Source: Nemertoderma westbladi (taxonomy: Eukaryota > Animalia > Xenacoelomorpha). From it: DNA of 45,129 bases. This document shows, piece after piece, positions 39,314 through 45,129 of the stretch. Position numbers and translations under genes: made by a program. The DNA is taken from the NCBI GenBank assembly GCA_032718475.1, contig JAUCBJ010008625.1, positions 1-45,129 of the forward strand. Direction: 5' to 3'. The number at the start of each line of letters is the position of its first letter. The stretch's first letter is position 1. Below the pieces are notes generated by a model. The model searched no databases. It saw only the letters and a program-made list of their open reading frames with translations, and had not been told where the DNA came from.

Positions 39314-41026
39314 TACTACTAGAGGATCGGCATGCTGCATTGCAGCTGCATTTTTAAGGATGCTGTACCAGCTTGTCAACAAAATTGCGCCGCCACAACT
39401 CCCTATCACCCATGACAACTGCTAGATCATCCGGATCTTCAAGGCCAGTGTCCTTTAAGATGCGTTTCAAGAAAGTCATGAGCTGTCCACCATGCTTATT
39501 CACTCTATGAGGCTGCCAAATAACAAGATTATGCACTGGCTGGTCCTCACGGCAAAAGCAATGTCCTGCAAAGCGGAGGCGATTTTGTTCTAGTGACAAG
39601 CTTGGGGGAACCAATGAGACACCTCCAATGTTATATAGTGTCTGGTTGGAGATGTGTGCATTGTACTTGACACAATGAACCCAGCGTAGCATTCTCGTGA
39701 ATGTGCCATCCAGGGATTTGGTGTCCTCAGCAGTTAGAGCCCAGCATGGACTCCCATAGAGGAGTACTGGAACTACTGCTGCTCTAAATAATCGGACCTA
39801 AAGTTTCCAATTAATTCTCGGTGACTTCCAAATCCTGGAAAGAATATTCATTCAAGCCTATTCAAGCCTATTCAAAAGTTAATAAAAAGACCAACACTAG
39901 AAGCAGCATGTTCTAATGAGCTGAGGAGCCATTGGGCTCCCTCTAGTGATTCTGAGAGTACTCCTAAGTCATCAGCAAAGTCTAGATCAGTTAGGTACTT
40001 GGCAGGAGTTCCTCGACTTCTGGAGCCAATAGGTGGAGTTATCATCACCCCATCATCATTATGATGATCTAAGGGCATGCGTAGAAGAACATAGTCAACC
40101 ACAATTATATATCAACCATAATTATGTAATTATTATCATATACTGATCTGATTGCTGCAATAATTTCATCAGGAATCCCATATAATGAAAGTATGCTGAA
40201 CATTACGTGAGCAAGAGACTGAATCAAAGGCCAAGAAGAAGTCAATAAAGATAACAGCCAGATGCCTGTCTTTCTTTTGGGCTTTTTTGATAACTCATAA
40301 ATTATCCTTCTAAGTGCCAAAATGGGCTCCATGGTCCCACGACCTTTACGGAACCCATTCTGATTTCCACGGAGCAGTCTCTCAATGGGATCCCTGATGC
40401 GATTTAATAGAATTCTACTGTATAGCTTTGCAGCAATCGAGATCAATGAGATTCCCCGAAAAGAACCATAGTGTTAGGTTGCCCTTCTTGGGAACTGTCA
40501 CCAACTTATTTGTTTTCATTTCTTGTGGGACTCTTGTTGTTCGATACATGTCTACTATGATGAGATAGATGAGCTTTAAACACCACTACTCCACTGGCAC
40601 GATTGGTCTTAATGCTCTTTGGGGCAGCCTTCACTTCTGCAAAGGAGATATCGCCAATGGGAATATCTGGGAATACAGACTCAAACACTTTAACTTCTAT
40701 AAAGTTATCAGGCAATGCCCTGTCATTATTTAGGAGCTTTTCAAAGTGGGCCTTCCAACCATTGATGCGATTGGCTGGTGATTCAGCCTTAACCTTAGTG
40801 GTTGGTTGGCATTTCCACCCAGTAAGCAAGTTGATCGATTTCCATGCCTACGATGATTGCTTGCTATCATCAGAATCATTGATGGCATCAACCTGTTGGT
40901 TTATTAGCTCCTGTAGATTAACAGAGTACTGCCTGTTCAGGGTCCTAGATGCAGCCTTAACTGCATTCTTGGCCACTGTAGTATGTTTGAGTCGGGACTC
41001 TTTCTGCGCCTTATAGAGGTCATTTC
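39314..41026 (-). mobile_element. RTE-like LINE (insertion B) upstream of GPCR copy 4
   Basis: Nearly identical to 26598..28310. Confidence 0.92.
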
Positions 41027-41156
41027 GGCACTTCTAAATAGCACCGTACATAATTAGAATTATCTATTATCAATTTAATTTATATGTAATTATATATAAT
41101 TTCATGCAAAATATACTACCTTTAGTATGATACCTTTATGGTTTAGCTGTTGAACA

Positions 41157-42389
41157 ATGTATATAGTTTTATTGCAAACGATTTTCTGCTTATATTATTG
41201 CATGGATTTTTCTGTTGCTAATTGGAGAGAAACATTTACCAATAATTCTAACACAACGAAATCAGATATATATCACAAGTATTATATCAATATCCTTCAA
41301 GATGATTTTGATGAAGTTTTCTATTGGTTTAATGGTTATTACAGTGTTGTAGATTTCTTCCTCGCAAAAATTCTCACACCATACATATCGATAAATAATA
41401 TATTTGGATTGGTTGGAAATATATTTATAATTATCACGATATTTCGCGAAAAATCATTTAACACTCTGTTTTATAGAATGTTAGCTGTTAAGTCAGTTTT
41501 TGATATTCTCATATCTTTTGGATCTTTTTTAGTTCATGGCAGTAATATGGGTTGGTTCCGCAGCTCCATTACAATTGAAAAGGTCAATGGCATTACCATA
41601 AACCACTTGCATTGTTATAACGTTATTTACTGGATATTTCAGCTTTATTGGCAAATGCTAAACTGGTTTTTAAAGAATGGAAATGATACACTGATATTAA
41701 TAATGGGTGTAGAACGCGTATCAGCACTCTATTTACCAGTTTGGTATAAAAATACAAAATTTAAAAACAATAATATGATTTACTATATTGTATTACTGCT
41801 ATTTATATATACAACTTGTTTTTACTGGCCTTTCGCTCTAATGTATAAGCCTGAAATTCGTTATGTTGACAGAGATAGGCAATATTGGGCAATATACAAT
41901 TATTGGGAAGCGCATAACATATATATCCATAGAGCTTATCAATTTCTTGATTATTTCTCTCCTATTAGAATAAGCGTACAAGTTCTCGGAATATTAATTA
42001 TCAATTGGCTTATGATTTATAAATTAAGAAAACTAAATTACGACAAACAAAATTCATCATCTGGCAAATTGGTTGCAGCAGCACGTTTGATGCTAATAAA
42101 TGGGATATTGATGTGCATAAAAGATTTTCTCTACATGTTGTGGTACATAATAAGGAAATATCTCGACACAATTGAAGCCCAAATAGGGCCAAAATCAACA
42201 ATAATGGAAGTATTGCATTGGAGGAAACTATGGCTTGCCAGTGATTACATCGCTGTATTAAGTAATTGTCTTTTTATTACTTACTGTATAGATTTTTACC
42301 TCATGTATATGTTTGTTGGTAGTTTTAGAAATGCTGTAAAGGTCAACATATTTAAACCATTAAGAAAATATTTTAAAATAAGTCGATAA
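41157..42389 (+). CDS. Orphan class A 7TM GPCR, 410 aa; copy 4
   Basis: Intact paralog; private changes L202F, H240D, S333R, H336L, T350M. Confidence 0.9.
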   Translation: MYIVLLQTIFCLYYCMDFSVANWRETFTNNSNTTKSDIYHKYYINILQDDFDEVFYWFNGYYSVVDFFLAKILTPYISINNIFGLVGNIFIIITIFREKSFNTLFYRMLAVKSVFDILISFGSFLVHGSNMGWFRSSITIEKVNGITINHLHCYNVIYWIFQLYWQMLNWFLKNGNDTLILIMGVERVSALYLPVWYKNTKFKNNNMIYYIVLLLFIYTTCFYWPFALMYKPEIRYVDRDRQYWAIYNYWEAHNIYIHRAYQFLDYFSPIRISVQVLGILIINWLMIYKLRKLNYDKQNSSSGKLVAAARLMLINGILMCIKDFLYMLWYIIRKYLDTIEAQIGPKSTIMEVLHWRKLWLASDYIAVLSNCLFITYCIDFYLMYMFVGSFRNAVKVNIFKPLRKYFKISR

Positions 42390-42415
42390 ACATATAATAG
42401 GGAATCGAAACTGAT

Positions 42416-42781
42416 ATATTTACAAACTATTTTGTCAATTAGATATAAACTGGAGCCCTGTGCGGTAAAAGTTCACTTTCGGCAGTATTTGGCAACTAAT
42501 ATTTATTAATATTTACAAACTATTGTCTATTAGATATAAACTGGAGCCCTGTGCGGTAAAATTTCACTTTCGGCAGTATTTGACAACTAATATTTATTAA
42601 TATTTACAAACTATTGTCTATTAGATATAAACTGGAGCCCTGTGCGGTAAAAGTTCACTTTCGGCAGTATTTGACAACTAATATTTATTAATATTTACAA
42701 ACTATTGTCTATTAGATATAAACTGGAGCCCTGTGCGGTAAAAGTTCACTTTCGGCAGTATTTCACAACTAATGTTTATTA
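42416..42781 (+). repeat. 91-bp VNTR, 4 copies
   Basis: Same monomer. Confidence 0.95.
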
Positions 42782-45129
42782 TTCTGTATTATTTTAACTT
42801 CTAATAATTGGCGAATTGCACATCCTTCCTTATCATTATAATTAATGTATATCCTTATATATAATTACTATTTGTTTGCTTAAAATATTATTGGTTAAAT
42901 ATATTAGAATGTTTTTTTATCCTTAACCGTGTTTTATTCAAACATTAAGTGGGGTCCCCCATTCTTCGGTTGGGGATGGGTGGTTATCAGCCATGGGGCG
43001 ATCTTAATGTCCACTGATATGGACTGCGCTTATCTTTCTCTCCAGGTAAAATCTGTGGGGTAGAAGCTCAGATACAATAATTAACAGATCCCGTTTTTTC
43101 ATTTTTTGCCTACGTAGAGGAGTAAAACAGCCATTTATACTAATCACATTATTATTATTAATCAAATTATTATAATCTTCATGTGGTTTCCCACCAGTTA
43201 GGTTAAAACTGAATAGGAATCCCATGCTACCCGCCACCACTGAAATTCTTTGAGTTTAATTCAGCGATCAAGTTTTTCGGGTCCATGAGTCTGGAATTTG
43301 GCCACCGCCTGGCTGCCATCAAAGGGTCAATCGGTACGCAAGTTCACGCCGCTTTGGATGAACAGTTCGAGTATTCGCTGTTTGTGTTGTTCTAACAGTC
43401 GGAGTTCCTCCACCTCGATACAGCGTTGCTGTTCATGCTGTTCTTCCCCTCTTTCCTCTACTCTACATCTATCCACCGACTTTGGGCCACATCTTTGTGT
43501 CGTTGAGCTTCCATTTGTTGGAGAATTAATGTCAGTTCGGTTTGGCCACCACCTCGTAAAGTGGGTTTATCACTGCAATCGTCGTTCTCTGCCATGAGAT
43601 ACCAGTGCAAATGCTTCCATAAGCGAGCTGTGGAGTCTTTCGATTTGATTTGGATCTCCTTTGCAAAAGTGAAGGCTGTTGCAAAGAGCATTAAGACCAA
43701 TCGTGCCAGTGGAGTAGATGGTGTTCCCCCTGAGGTCTTTAAAATACCTGAGTGTTTAAAGCTCATCTATCCCATCATAGTAGACATGTACCGAACAACA
43801 ATCTTTAAAATACCTGAGTGTTTAAAGCTCATCTATCCCATCATAGTAGACATGTACCGAACAACAAGAGTCTGCTGACGGCAAGTCAACAATACTACCA
43901 TAGGCTACTGTTGGCTTCTATATTACCGGTATATACTTTATGTGCGTTCGATTTATGAAATTTTTTTAAAACTTTTTCAGTAATGTTAGGGTTCGATTAA
44001 ATTTTGGTTAGGTTTGTGTTAGTGATTTTTGGGGTGTGATCAGTGTTGGGTTAGTCTGGTTATTTTATACATTTACCCACTATTTCCCACTCTCCCTGCC
44101 CACAAAACCTTTGCCCACAGACCTATTATTAATTGTAGTACAACCTTATCCAAACGCTAGCCAACCCCTAACCCAATTTAAATCAAACAAACCTAAACCA
44201 ACCCTAGCTAGAACATTCCTGATCCAACCACAACCAAAACAACTCTACCTAATCTACCCTGAACCCAACCCTAACCCAAATCCTAATTACTAATCCCAGC
44301 CCCGAACCAAGATATAATAATTTTCACCATGTCACTTGAAAACACACCTCTAGGAGAGAGATACGTAATTTGATTAGATTAGCATAGCATACTAGGTACT
44401 CAGCACTGCCAATTACATTCTCTAAAGGTAATTCCATATGAGTTGAGTATGTCTCGTAAGGGTATGCGCCATCGGAAATCCATAACCCTCTTGGTGCGCT
44501 CTGTTTTAGTTGAGAATATAATTATTTTACCTGGACTGGGAATATTTTAGATAAGATAACGTTCAATTACATTGCGTTATCATGGAACATGAGTGGAGGA
44601 AGAGCAGAGGATTTCATTGGAATTACCGGATTCATAGCATCTATTCATTCCATCGACCTGCGCACTCCTACCAAAATCCAGTTGTCACACGACATGATTA
44701 CTGAATTTTTCCACAATGTCTCATTATATTCCCGAACTTTCCGCATGATGAAGCAGGGAAAAAGTTTATAAATTTTTTCATCATTCTTTATTTTTTCCAA
44801 AGTGGATTTTACAAGTATATAAATTTTAACTATTTATTGTATGGTAAATAAAGTATGCTTAATTAACCGGTCATCCTGAGATCATTTATTGATTGAGCGA
44901 GTGCAACAAACGAGGTCAATAAGAAAGATAGAGGAACGATAAGGTAAATTAAATATTTTCTATACTGTACAATATGTAATATTATTGTTATAATGTCATG
45001 TGTTTTGTTATCACGGTATGTTGATAATGTATTTTGACTACTGGACTGGAGGTGAAACTGAGCTTTAGTATGGGTACAGCAGCCGCTTACACTGCAGTAA
45101 GCTCACAAGTAGTATGTATATCTTACTGG

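Larger units (their letters stand above)
54..45129 (+). repeat. Tandem segmental-duplication array of a ~9.6-12.9 kb unit (4 full units + partial 5th), one GPCR gene per full unit
   Basis: The same landmarks recur in the same order: marker 'atgagtgga' at 276, 9834, 20215, 31686, 44589; GPCR ATG at 6643, 16830, 28441, 41157. Sequence is near-identical between units apart from indels. Confidence 0.97.

Overview
AT-rich eukaryotic (most likely invertebrate animal) genomic DNA, not prokaryotic. The whole window is a head-to-tail tandem array of a ~9.6-12.9 kb unit: four complete units and the start of a fifth. Each complete unit carries one intact, uninterrupted 410-aa orphan rhodopsin-like 7TM receptor ORF (+ strand; 6643, 16830, 28441, 41157). 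Around it is decayed transposon debris: RTE-like LINE fragments, Ty3/gypsy-like gag/protease remnants with a probable 3' LTR, a Helitron-like 3' terminus, a G-rich minisatellite and a 91-bp VNTR just after the stop codon. The units differ by clean presence/absence markers: a LINE with a ~220-bp flanking duplication, an antisense LINE ending ~130 bp upstream of the receptor ATG, and a 2.46-kb foldback/Merlin-like element with an 8-bp TSD. These markers show a mosaic, partly alternating (A-B-A-B-A) history. The receptor copies stay in frame but differ at 17 amino-acid sites. All comparisons were made by eye, and boundaries of decayed elements are approximate.
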